Below are positions 1 through 8,586 of a stretch of DNA of 64,000 nucleotides, piece by piece. Position 1 is the stretch's first letter; each line of letters opens with the position of its first letter. The stretch is from an uncultured delta proteobacterium (GTDB lineage: Bacteria; Desulfobacterota; Desulfobaccia; Desulfobaccales; 0-14-0-80-60-11): assembly GCA_963812015.1 (NCBI GenBank), contig CAWETI010000003.1, positions 2,048,001-2,112,000 on the forward strand, written 5' to 3'. The notes beneath the pieces are model-generated. The model searched no databases. It was not told the origin of the DNA and worked only from the letters and a program-made list of their open reading frames with translations. The translations under genes and the position numbers were made by a program.

Positions 1-296
1 CGGCCATCTTCGAGTTGCCCATCTACACCATCGCCGGCGCGGCCCTGATGGGGACCTTCCTCACCTCGGTGGCCGGGGTGGGGTTTTACTCCGTGATCGC
101 GCCCTTCTACCCCAATATCGGGCCGGTGGCCCCGGACTGGGCCCTGGGGGCGTTGTTCGGGATCGGCGGGTTCTGCGGCATGTACATCGGGGCCCGCATC
201 CAGAAGTTCTTCTCGGGCAAGGTCATCCGCATCGGCCTGGGCATCGTCATCTCGGGCCTGGCCCTGCGCTACATCGTGGGGTTCTTGATGAGTTGA
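1..296 (+). CDS. Sulfite exporter TauE/SafE family protein (5' truncated by window edge)
   Basis: Hydrophobic C-terminus LPIYTIAGAAL...PDWALGALFGIGGFCGMYIGARIQK, typical of TauE C-terminal halves; frame open to window start. Confidence 0.75.
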   Translation, partial: AIFELPIYTIAGAALMGTFLTSVAGVGFYSVIAPFYPNIGPVAPDWALGALFGIGGFCGMYIGARIQKFFSGKVIRIGLGIVISGLALRYIVGFLMS

Positions 297-464
297 GCCT
301 GAGCAGGTGGGGCTGTCCGCTGGAGGGGATAGGCGGGCCCCCCTAATAATTTTCCCTTGATCCGGCATGGGTTTCAATCTATCGGAACTGCCGGATTTCT
401 CGCGGTACTCCGAATGACCCCTTTAAAACCCATAATTCCCGAAAACTGCACCCCGAAAACCGTC

Positions 465-977
465 TTACCTCGCCCCTTCATGGCGCAGCAGCCAGAACTT
501 GCGGTCCAAGCCCGAACTGTAGCCCCCCAGGGCGCCGTCGGCATTGATAACCCGGTGGCAGGGGATAATAATCGGGAGGGGGTTGACGGCGTTGGCCTGG
601 CCCACGGCCCGGAAGGCCTTGGGGCTGCCCACCCGGCGGGCCAGTTCCCGGTAAGAGATGGTGGTCCCATAGGGAACTTTGCGGAGTTCCTGCCACACCC
701 GGAGTTGGAAGGGGGTGCCGTGCAGATCCAGGCTGAAGGAAGTAAAATCGGGGGAGTGGCCGTCGAAATAGGCGGCCAGCTTCAGCCGGACGGCTTCCAT
801 AAAGAGTCGCAGGTGGGGTGGGGGAGAACCTGGCGCCGCGGCGGAAGATGATCCTTCCCCGGCAAATTCCAAGGCGGTAAGGCCACGGTCCGAAAAAGAA
901 AGCCGCAGCGGCCCCACAGGGGTTGCCGCCAGGTAAAAAACCCATTCCTTGGCCTGGTTCGGCGATTTTTTCCTCAT
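465..977 (-). CDS. ogt: Methylated-DNA--protein-cysteine methyltransferase
   Basis: GTPFQLRVW, RAVGQANAVNP and active-site PCHRV motifs. Confidence 0.93.
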   Translation of the reverse strand: MRKKSPNQAKEWVFYLAATPVGPLRLSFSDRGLTALEFAGEGSSSAAAPGSPPPHLRLFMEAVRLKLAAYFDGHSPDFTSFSLDLHGTPFQLRVWQELRKVPYGTTISYRELARRVGSPKAFRAVGQANAVNPLPIIIPCHRVINADGALGGYSSGLDRKFWLLRHEGAR

Positions 978-1030
978 CTGATCCTCCTATGGCTTACCCC
1001 AGCACCGGCGTAAGCTGGCGTAGCTTTTTC

Positions 1031-1103
1031 TTAAGGGGTTGGGGATGGGGGTTTTGGGGGAAGGGGCCTCTTACGAAAAAGCCCCTAGCCCCTTCCCCCA
1101 ACA
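1031..1103. repeat. ~75-bp imperfect palindromic intergenic repeat, family B
   Basis: Near reverse complement of 17188-17263 (gggggaaggggc...ttacgaaaa...gccccttccccca). Confidence 0.75.
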
Positions 1104-1104
1104 A

Positions 1105-3639
1105 CTACAACCTCCCCAAACACTTTTTCAGCCGCCAGCGCCGCCACCAGCGCAGCAGGGAATGGGGCGGCGGCTGGGACTTGGTCTGTTGCCACTTCGG
1201 GTTGAACGGCAGGTCCAACACGTGCAGGGTGGGGTGCCCCGTCTTGGCCAGGCGGGCCCGGCAAGAGGCGCAGTAGGTGACCAGGTCCCGGGTGGCCTCG
1301 GACAGGCGGAACTCCGTCATTTTCTTGGCAAGCATTGGCGCCACCGCGGGCACCATGCCCCCGGAGCCGCAGCAGATGCTGCGCTCCCGGTTGTGGTCCA
1401 TCTCCTCCACGGTGTGGCCCAGGTCCCTGACCAGGCGGCGCACCGCCTCATGAATCTGGGGGGCCTGGCGGGCGCCGCAGGCATCTTGTATGTTAAAGAT
1501 TGCCGCCGCAGTGCTTGAAGCTCCGTCGGGCAGACCCACCTCGTTCAGCACCTCGTAGATCGTCCGGGTTTTGAACTCCGGGAGAAACTCCGTCAGCATC
1601 TGGTAACAATGGGTGCAGGCCACGATGATTTCCCGGGCCCCCAACTTCGCCATCTCCCCGGCCACATTCCGGATGACCCGGAGCATCACGTCCGTCTCCC
1701 CCATGAAATAGCTGGGGGCGCCGCAGCAGTTGAGCATGATCCCCGTATCCGGCAGCCTCCGGCGCACATACGCGTAGACCGCTTTCACCACTTCGGTGGC
1801 GTGACCCGCCAGGGAGCAGCCCGGGAAGAAAACCCGGGCCGCCTTGCCGGTGGCCGGGTCCGGCCGGCTCAAGGCAAAGGTGGGGGAAGCGCCCCACTTG
1901 ACGTAGTTCTGGATGCCCTTATGGGGAGGCAACGGCCCCTGGCCCCGGGCCACCAGGGCTTCCCGGGTCGCCAGGCAAGGCTGGCCGGCGTGGAGGTCTT
2001 TGGGGCAGACCGCCTGGCAGAGCCCGCAGTAATGGCAGGAATAGGGGATCAGGGGATCAGCCAGGCCTCGCTCCGCCAGGAGATGGACCAACTCTTTTTC
2101 CGTGTGGGGAAACTGGTGCACATAGTGCTGGAGAAAGGTACAATTGGTAACGCACCGGGAGCAGGCGCAACTCAGGCAGCGATGAGCTTCGGTCCGGGCC
2201 GCAGCTTCGGTAAAACCCAGTTCCACTTCGGCGTCCGGTTGGGCCGTCCGGGCCCCCAGGCCGAGATCAGGCATGGCCTGGCGGGAGGTGACGGCGGCGC
2301 CACTGGTATCCACGATGAGATTGGTGGTGCGGCTGACCAGGGGGGGTGGGGCTACGGGCCAGGGCTCTCCGGAGAGGGAGCAGTGGATGGCCAGGGCGGC
2401 CCGGCGGCCGGCGGCAAAGGCCTCCACCGCACTCTTCGGCCCGGAGACCAGATCGCCGCCCGCAAAAACTCCCGGAATTTTGGTCTTCAGCGTTTCCGGG
2501 TCCGCCTCCAGCCGGAAGATGGTCGCGGTGTCAAAGGCCAGGCCGGGTCCGAAAAAGCTAAAGTCCGCAGTCTGGCCCACCGCGGGGATCAGGAAGTCCA
2601 CCTCCAGGGTGAACTCGGAGCCGGGGAGCGGCACCGGGCAACAACGGCCTCGCGCGTCGAGGTCTCCCAATTCGGTCTTTTGGGCCACCAAACCCCGAAC
2701 CCGGCCATCCCCCAGGAGGCGCACCGGCTGAGTGAGGAAATGGAACTGAATGCCTTCCCGGCGGGCCTCCTCCACCTCCGCGGCCAGGGCCGGCATGAGG
2801 TCAAGGGTGCGGCGGTAGAGGACATGCACTATTTCGGCCCCGGCCCGCCAGGCGGCGCGGGCCGCGTCCACTGCGGCGTTGCCGCCCCCGATGACGGCCA
2901 CCCGGCGGCCCACCTCCGGCGGCGTCCCGACATTGACGGCCTTTAAGAAACTGATCCCGTCCATCACCCCGGCCAGGTCTTCCCCGGGAATCTGAAGACT
3001 GAGGCTCTTGTGGCTTCCCAGGGCCAGGAAGACCGCGGCAAAATCCCGGCGTAGGTCTTCCAGGTGGACATCCCGGCCCAGCCGGGTGCGGAGCTTAACG
3101 AGCGCCCCCAACTTTTCCACCACGCTCACCTCCCGGGCCAGGACCTCCCGGGGCAGGCGATACGGTGGAATGTAGATGCCCAGAGCCCCGCCCAGAAATG
3201 GTTCCGCCTCGAAGAGGGTGACGGGGTAGCCGAAGCGGCGCAGGTCATAAGCGGCCATGAGCCCCGCCGGGCCGCCGCCCACCACCGCGATACGCTGCGG
3301 CCGGTCCGGCCCCGGAGTGACGTTGAGGACGGCGCCGGGGTCCAGATCTGCCAAGCAGCGTTTGAGGCCGGCGATGGCAATGGGCTGGTCCAGGGAGTTG
3401 CGGGTGCAGGCCGCCTCACAGGGATGGGTGCAGATGCGGCCCAGGATGCCGGGAAAGGGGCAGCGCTCCAGAACCACGGCCAGGGCCGCGGCCAGGTCGC
3501 CTTGCTGCATAAACCGAAGTTTCTCCCGCACCCGGATGTCTAAAGGGCAGGCGGCCTGGCAGGGGGGCGGCTCCTCGCCGATGCACTCTGATAGGATCTT
3601 GTCGGACCAGTTGACCTTCGGATTGTCTTTATTGATCAT
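1105..3639 (-). CDS. GltD-type FAD/NAD(P)H oxidoreductase fused to 4Fe-4S dicluster and two CCG domains
   Basis: CQAACP...GRICTHPCEAAC; GGGPAG; GGGNAAVD/YRRT; CHYCGLCQAVCP; FFPGC, NCCG, ICCG, TYCASC. Confidence 0.85.
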   Translation of the reverse strand: MINKDNPKVNWSDKILSECIGEEPPPCQAACPLDIRVREKLRFMQQGDLAAALAVVLERCPFPGILGRICTHPCEAACTRNSLDQPIAIAGLKRCLADLDPGAVLNVTPGPDRPQRIAVVGGGPAGLMAAYDLRRFGYPVTLFEAEPFLGGALGIYIPPYRLPREVLAREVSVVEKLGALVKLRTRLGRDVHLEDLRRDFAAVFLALGSHKSLSLQIPGEDLAGVMDGISFLKAVNVGTPPEVGRRVAVIGGGNAAVDAARAAWRAGAEIVHVLYRRTLDLMPALAAEVEEARREGIQFHFLTQPVRLLGDGRVRGLVAQKTELGDLDARGRCCPVPLPGSEFTLEVDFLIPAVGQTADFSFFGPGLAFDTATIFRLEADPETLKTKIPGVFAGGDLVSGPKSAVEAFAAGRRAALAIHCSLSGEPWPVAPPPLVSRTTNLIVDTSGAAVTSRQAMPDLGLGARTAQPDAEVELGFTEAAARTEAHRCLSCACSRCVTNCTFLQHYVHQFPHTEKELVHLLAERGLADPLIPYSCHYCGLCQAVCPKDLHAGQPCLATREALVARGQGPLPPHKGIQNYVKWGASPTFALSRPDPATGKAARVFFPGCSLAGHATEVVKAVYAYVRRRLPDTGIMLNCCGAPSYFMGETDVMLRVIRNVAGEMAKLGAREIIVACTHCYQMLTEFLPEFKTRTIYEVLNEVGLPDGASSTAAAIFNIQDACGARQAPQIHEAVRRLVRDLGHTVEEMDHNRERSICCGSGGMVPAVAPMLAKKMTEFRLSEATRDLVTYCASCRARLAKTGHPTLHVLDLPFNPKWQQTKSQPPPHSLLRWWRRWRLKKCLGRL

Positions 3640-3741
3640 TTGATCGGGTTTTAAATGGCCGGGCGATTTTATGAAAGCAACTCGCCCCGGGCAGCATGGG
3701 GCAAGGCAGCGCGAAGGCCATCACGATGTGGGGAGACAGGC

Positions 3742-4308
3742 TCACTCAGGGCGCCGGTTTTCTTTTGCAAAAATCTGGGTAGCGTAAAGCGCTTTGCTCT
3801 GGGCCGCCACCCCCACCCCCATATGGGTAAAGTTGGGGTCGAGCACATTCCTGCGGTGTCCCGGAGAAGTCATCCAGCCGTCTACGATGAGACGGGCCTG
3901 AGTCTTGACGTCGACGGAATAATCAAACCTGTTGCCCATGTAAATATTCTCACCAACCCGGGACATGGTCCTGAAAGACGCCGGCTCTTCCTCCTGCACA
4001 CGGTCTTTAAAGGTTTTTCCCTCAGGACTCGTGTGGCTGAAGTAGTTGTTTTTGAGCATGTCGTCACTTTTATGCTGAGCCATGACCGCCAAGCTAGTAT
4101 CCCAATCAACGGGGGGCAGGCCATTTTTCCGCCGTGCCTCGTTAGTAAGCTTAAAGATGAGCCGTTCCAAGCCTTTAGGATGCTGGATGCCACTTGCCCT
4201 GGACAAAGCCCCCGATTTGGTTCTTACCTGTCCCCAAGCCAAGGGCAGATGGAACAAGGCCACCAAAACCACCGCCAGGGCCGCAATCCATTTCATGTTG
4301 GACTTCAT
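3742..4308 (-). CDS. Secreted CAP/SCP domain protein
   Basis: Signal peptide; NEARRKNGL, YFSH, GENI, WMTSPGHRRN, YATQIF motifs. Confidence 0.88.
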   Translation of the reverse strand: MKSNMKWIAALAVVLVALFHLPLAWGQVRTKSGALSRASGIQHPKGLERLIFKLTNEARRKNGLPPVDWDTSLAVMAQHKSDDMLKNNYFSHTSPEGKTFKDRVQEEEPASFRTMSRVGENIYMGNRFDYSVDVKTQARLIVDGWMTSPGHRRNVLDPNFTHMGVGVAAQSKALYATQIFAKENRRPE

Positions 4309-4583
4309 CCGGGACCTCCCCGCCAAAGGTCTAAGCTCCTATTTTGAATTATACCTTCATCAAGGTCTTCCATAAAGAGTTTTGGCTGAGGTCCGGGTGC
4401 AAGCCGAATGACGCGCCGCGGCATATGCCGGAGGGAGGAACAACGACGGGTCAGCAGGCATGCCAGGGAAACCGCAGGCTTCCTGGATTTGGCACGGTCG
4501 CCTTCCCGAAACGAACGTGGGGGAGGACGGGTCCATTGCAACCGAGATGGCCCCATCCTCCCCCAAAAACCTTAGCACGTATT

Positions 4584-7500
4584 TCAGAGCTTGACAAACT
4601 CCTGGGCGCGCTGTTCCCGGGCGCAGGCGGAACAGAGGCGGCGCAGCACCTGCTTGCCCATTACCGTGTCGCTGTGAGAACTGACATATCCCAGGTAGCG
4701 AGCCGGCGGCAGGGGGTTGCCGCAGCCCTGGCACCTGTGGACTTCCAGTTCATTCAAAACCGTGCCGCAAAGACGGACTTCCCGGTGGTCCGGGCCTTCG
4801 ATATAGTCGATGGCGCCGGTGGGGCAAGTCAGGGCGCAGGCGCCGCAGGCAATGCAGCGTTCCTGGGCCCGCCCATAATCGCTGAGCATCCGTTCGGTGG
4901 TGCTGATCTGGGTGAATTTCAAGGCATAGACCTGCATCGTATCCCGGCAAACCCGCTCGCAGGCCCCGCAGCGGATACAGATGTCACAACGGAGACAGCG
5001 TTGGGCCTCTTTTTGGGCCTGCTCCGGGGTGTAGTCCAGTTCCACCCGGTCGAAATTGGTGCGGCGCTGCTCCATGTCCAGAAAGGGCGTGGGCACCCGG
5101 TGATTGCTGATTTTGGTCTCCGCCGGGATGGCCAGAAACGGCACTCTCCGGCGTTTCTGGGTGGTGACGGTGGGGGGCAAACCGGCAGCCCCGGTCAGGT
5201 AATAGTCAATATCCAGGGCCCCCTGTTTGCCCGCGGCAATGGCCTCCACCGCGGTGGCGGGGCCAGTCACCGCGTCGCCGCCCGCGAATATGTCCGTGAC
5301 GTTGGTCCGGGTGTTCCCCCGATCGGTGATGATGGTGCACCAGGGGCTGGTATTGACCGGTGGGGCGGGGAAGGGACAGAGGTCGGGCTGTTGGCCGATG
5401 GCGGTGATCACCGCCTCCACATCCAGGCGGAAGTTGCTGTCCGGAATGCTGATGGGGCGACGGCGGCCGCTGGCGTCGGGCCGGCCCAACTCGGCCTGGA
5501 GACATTCCAAGTACCGGACCTGACCGGGTTCGCCCCCGACCTTGATGGGCACCGTGAGGAAATGGATCTGGACCCCTTCCTCCAGGGCCTGTTCCACTTC
5601 TTCGGGATGGGCCGGCATCTCTTTTCGGGTCCGGCGGTAGGACACGTGGACTTCTTTGCAGCCCAGGCGGACACAGGTGCGGGCCGCGTCCATGGCGGCG
5701 TTGCCGCCCCCGATGATCACCACTTGGTCAAAGGGCCGTCGCTTGTCCCCCAGGTTCACTTTCCTGAGGAAGGTGATGACGTCAAAGACCTGGGGAAAGT
5801 CGTCTTCCCCCTCGATCTTTAGCTTGTAGCCCAGGTGGGCCCCGATTCCCAGGAAAAAGGCTTCAAAGCCCTGGCTCCGCAATTCGTCCAGGGTGACGTC
5901 GGTCCCCACGGTAACCCCGGTTTTGATCTCCACCCCCAGGGAGCGGATGAGCTCGATTTCCTTGCGCACCACCTCCCGGGGCAGGCGATATTCGGGGATA
6001 CCGGCCACAAAAAGGCCCCCGGCCTCGGGCATGGCTTCAAAAATGGTCACCTGGTAGCCCTTCAGGGCCAGGTAATGGGCGCAGGCCATCCCGGCGGGGC
6101 CCGAGCCGATGATGGCGACCTTGCGGCCATTGGCCGGGCCCGGTTTGAGGGGCAGATATTCGCCGTGGCGGGTGGCATAGTCGGCCACAAAGGCCTTGAG
6201 GTACTTGATGTTTAGAGGTTCGTCCAGGTGGCCCCGGACGCAGGCCCGTTCGCAGGGGTGCGGGCAGATAAGACCACAGACCCAGGGGAAGGGGTTGTCC
6301 TGGCGAATCACCTCCAGGGCCTCGACGAAGCGCCCCTGCCCCACCAGGGCCATGTAGCTGGGGATGTCGATGCCCGCAGGGCAGGCCATATGGCAAGGGG
6401 CAGGCAGAAGCTTGGCGCAGACCCGGGCCGGACAGTTTTTGTTGTCCGTGTGCATCCGGTATTCATCCGGGAAATATTGGAGGGAGGTGAGAATGGGGTT
6501 GACCGCCTGGCGCCCCAGGTGGCAGGAACCCTTGAGCCTCAAGCGCTCGCAGACCGTCTTCAGCTCCTCCAGGGTGTCCCCGGTGGCTTCGCCTCCGGCG
6601 ATTTCGGCCAGCAAATCCCGGATACGGATGAGGAACTGATGGCAGGTGGGGCATTGGGCCCCGGGTTGATCCAGGAGAAAGTCGATCTGCTGGCGCACCA
6701 GGGAGACGATGCAATCCTTCTCATCCAGGACCTGAATGGTTCCCAGAGCCAGGGAGGCCCCCAGTTCCCGGAAGGTCTCGTGGCCCAGGGCCACCTGGAG
6801 GAAATTGGGGGGAAAGACGCCGCCCAGGGTGCCGCCCACCAGGATGGCCTTGGGGGTCCGGCCGTGGCGGAAGCCCCCGCCCACCCCGTTGATCACATCA
6901 CCCAGGGTGGTGGACAGGGGCACCTCCACAAACCCGGGCTGCTCCACCGCCCCCATGAGGCGGAAGATCATGGTGCCAGGGGCGCAGGAAATCCCCAGTT
7001 TCCGGAACCAGGAGACCGGGGTCTGGGCGATGAAGGGTAAAGCGGCGATGGTCCCCAGCCCGTGGAACAGAAAGGTGGGGTTGGGGTACTTTTTCCAAAA
7101 GGACGTCGGCAGGGTGGTGTGGAGGTACTGGCTGAACAGGTCCTCATCTTCCACCAAAAAGCGGGGTTCGCTGGCGACGATCTCCAGATGGACGGGCTTA
7201 TGGACCGGAGGCAGGATGTTGCTCTGGAGCAGCTTATCCCAACAATAGCGTAAGCGTTCCCGGGCCAGGGTGGCCTCGGCGGGCAGATAGACGATCACCG
7301 CCTCGGCCTGGAGGGTGTTGACCGCCAGCAGGATGCCCTCGATCACCTGGTGGGGCACGCCTTCCAGCAACAGCATCTCGGCGGTGGCCTGGGGATAAGG
7401 CGGCGCGGCGTTTACCACCAGGATGGGACGCTGGTTTTCCACCCGCAGCTCACACCAGGTGGGGCCGAAGGCCGTGCTGGTGGTTCGGGAAAATTCACAG

Positions 7501-7979
7501 AACCCCGCGGCCACCACTTTCTGGAGGAAGGAGTCAAACCCCTGGCTGTAAAAGGATCGGAGGGCTTTGTAGCCGTCGTAATCCTGGTATTCTTCCAGGC
7601 ACTGGGGGTCGATCTTGCCCAACAGCTCGGAAACGTGCATCTTCTGGGTTTCAAAGTAGGCCTCATAATCCTTGCCCACCACCCAGCGCCGGACGGGCCG
7701 GTGTTCGTCCAGGTGGCTCTGGATGATCCGGGGGACCATGTCGGGGGTGACCAGTTCGTACAGGCTGGAGGCGCCTTCATAGCGCATCTCCACCATGACG
7801 TCCCGGCCCTCGATGCCCCGCCAACCCACCAGTTGGACATCCAGGGGGCCCAGCTCATCGAAAGCCCGCTGTTTCAAGGTATCGATGAAGGCCTGGCGCA
7901 CGGCTTCGGCCTCTTCGATGGCTTTGCCGGGGAAGGTGAAGATATTCACCTGGAGCAGAGGGTATTGGCTGGCGATCAT
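4584..7979 (-). CDS. Multidomain oxidoreductase: degenerate thioredoxin-like/NuoF module + GltD-type FAD/NADPH domain + ferredoxin
   Basis: NuoF-like remnants (LLEGVPHQVIEG, GFVEVPLSTTL, CHLG, CPARVC); intact CHMACPAG, GSGPAG, GGGNAAMD, YRRT; CIRCGACERVC, CIACGACALTCP. Confidence 0.85.
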   Translation of the reverse strand: MIASQYPLLQVNIFTFPGKAIEEAEAVRQAFIDTLKQRAFDELGPLDVQLVGWRGIEGRDVMVEMRYEGASSLYELVTPDMVPRIIQSHLDEHRPVRRWVVGKDYEAYFETQKMHVSELLGKIDPQCLEEYQDYDGYKALRSFYSQGFDSFLQKVVAAGFCEFSRTTSTAFGPTWCELRVENQRPILVVNAAPPYPQATAEMLLLEGVPHQVIEGILLAVNTLQAEAVIVYLPAEATLARERLRYCWDKLLQSNILPPVHKPVHLEIVASEPRFLVEDEDLFSQYLHTTLPTSFWKKYPNPTFLFHGLGTIAALPFIAQTPVSWFRKLGISCAPGTMIFRLMGAVEQPGFVEVPLSTTLGDVINGVGGGFRHGRTPKAILVGGTLGGVFPPNFLQVALGHETFRELGASLALGTIQVLDEKDCIVSLVRQQIDFLLDQPGAQCPTCHQFLIRIRDLLAEIAGGEATGDTLEELKTVCERLRLKGSCHLGRQAVNPILTSLQYFPDEYRMHTDNKNCPARVCAKLLPAPCHMACPAGIDIPSYMALVGQGRFVEALEVIRQDNPFPWVCGLICPHPCERACVRGHLDEPLNIKYLKAFVADYATRHGEYLPLKPGPANGRKVAIIGSGPAGMACAHYLALKGYQVTIFEAMPEAGGLFVAGIPEYRLPREVVRKEIELIRSLGVEIKTGVTVGTDVTLDELRSQGFEAFFLGIGAHLGYKLKIEGEDDFPQVFDVITFLRKVNLGDKRRPFDQVVIIGGGNAAMDAARTCVRLGCKEVHVSYRRTRKEMPAHPEEVEQALEEGVQIHFLTVPIKVGGEPGQVRYLECLQAELGRPDASGRRRPISIPDSNFRLDVEAVITAIGQQPDLCPFPAPPVNTSPWCTIITDRGNTRTNVTDIFAGGDAVTGPATAVEAIAAGKQGALDIDYYLTGAAGLPPTVTTQKRRRVPFLAIPAETKISNHRVPTPFLDMEQRRTNFDRVELDYTPEQAQKEAQRCLRCDICIRCGACERVCRDTMQVYALKFTQISTTERMLSDYGRAQERCIACGACALTCPTGAIDYIEGPDHREVRLCGTVLNELEVHRCQGCGNPLPPARYLGYVSSHSDTVMGKQVLRRLCSACAREQRAQEFVKL

Positions 7980-7991
7980 CGGCAGAATCTC

Positions 7992-8516
7992 CTAGCGGGC
8001 GCTGACCACGGTGTCCAGCTCAAAAGCCACGGCCTTGGCGAGGCGTTCCCGGCGGGTGGTATCCAGCTGGTCGGCCACGCCGAAGTGGAGGCAGTGGGTG
8101 ACGCACTTGGCCACGCAGGCCGGCTTCAGCCCCTGGTCGATGCGGTCCATGCAGTAATCGCACTTGACGACCTTGCCGAGCTGGGGCTGCCATTGGGGCG
8201 CGCCCCAAGGACAGGCGGAGATGCAGCTTTTGCACCCCACGCAGAGGGACTGCTCCACATAGACAATGCCATCTTTGGGGCGCTTGCGCATGGCCCCCGT
8301 GGGGCAAACGGGCACGCACCAGGGATCGGAGCAATGAAAGCACGGCATAAACACAAAACCCATCCGGGGCACGCCCCCCACCATCTTGGGGCCGACGGAG
8401 ATAATCTGTCCCAGCCGGGGACCCGGGGGGAGGCCCTTGTTACTCTTGCAATGCACTTCACAGCTCAAACAGCCGATGCATCGCTTCTGGTCCTGCAACA
8501 GGTAGTATTGACTCAT
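7992..8516 (-). CDS. 4Fe-4S dicluster electron-transfer subunit (PsrB/PhsB/DmsB type)
   Basis: CIGCLSCEVHC, CFHCSDPWCVPVCP, CVGCKSCISACP, KCDYC...PACVAKC. Confidence 0.92.
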   Translation of the reverse strand: MSQYYLLQDQKRCIGCLSCEVHCKSNKGLPPGPRLGQIISVGPKMVGGVPRMGFVFMPCFHCSDPWCVPVCPTGAMRKRPKDGIVYVEQSLCVGCKSCISACPWGAPQWQPQLGKVVKCDYCMDRIDQGLKPACVAKCVTHCLHFGVADQLDTTRRERLAKAVAFELDTVVSAR

Positions 8517-8586
8517 CTATTCCTCCACAAAACTCGATCACGCCCGCGGCAGATTCGGGAACCGCCCCAGGCCTGCCGGGTCGAGA

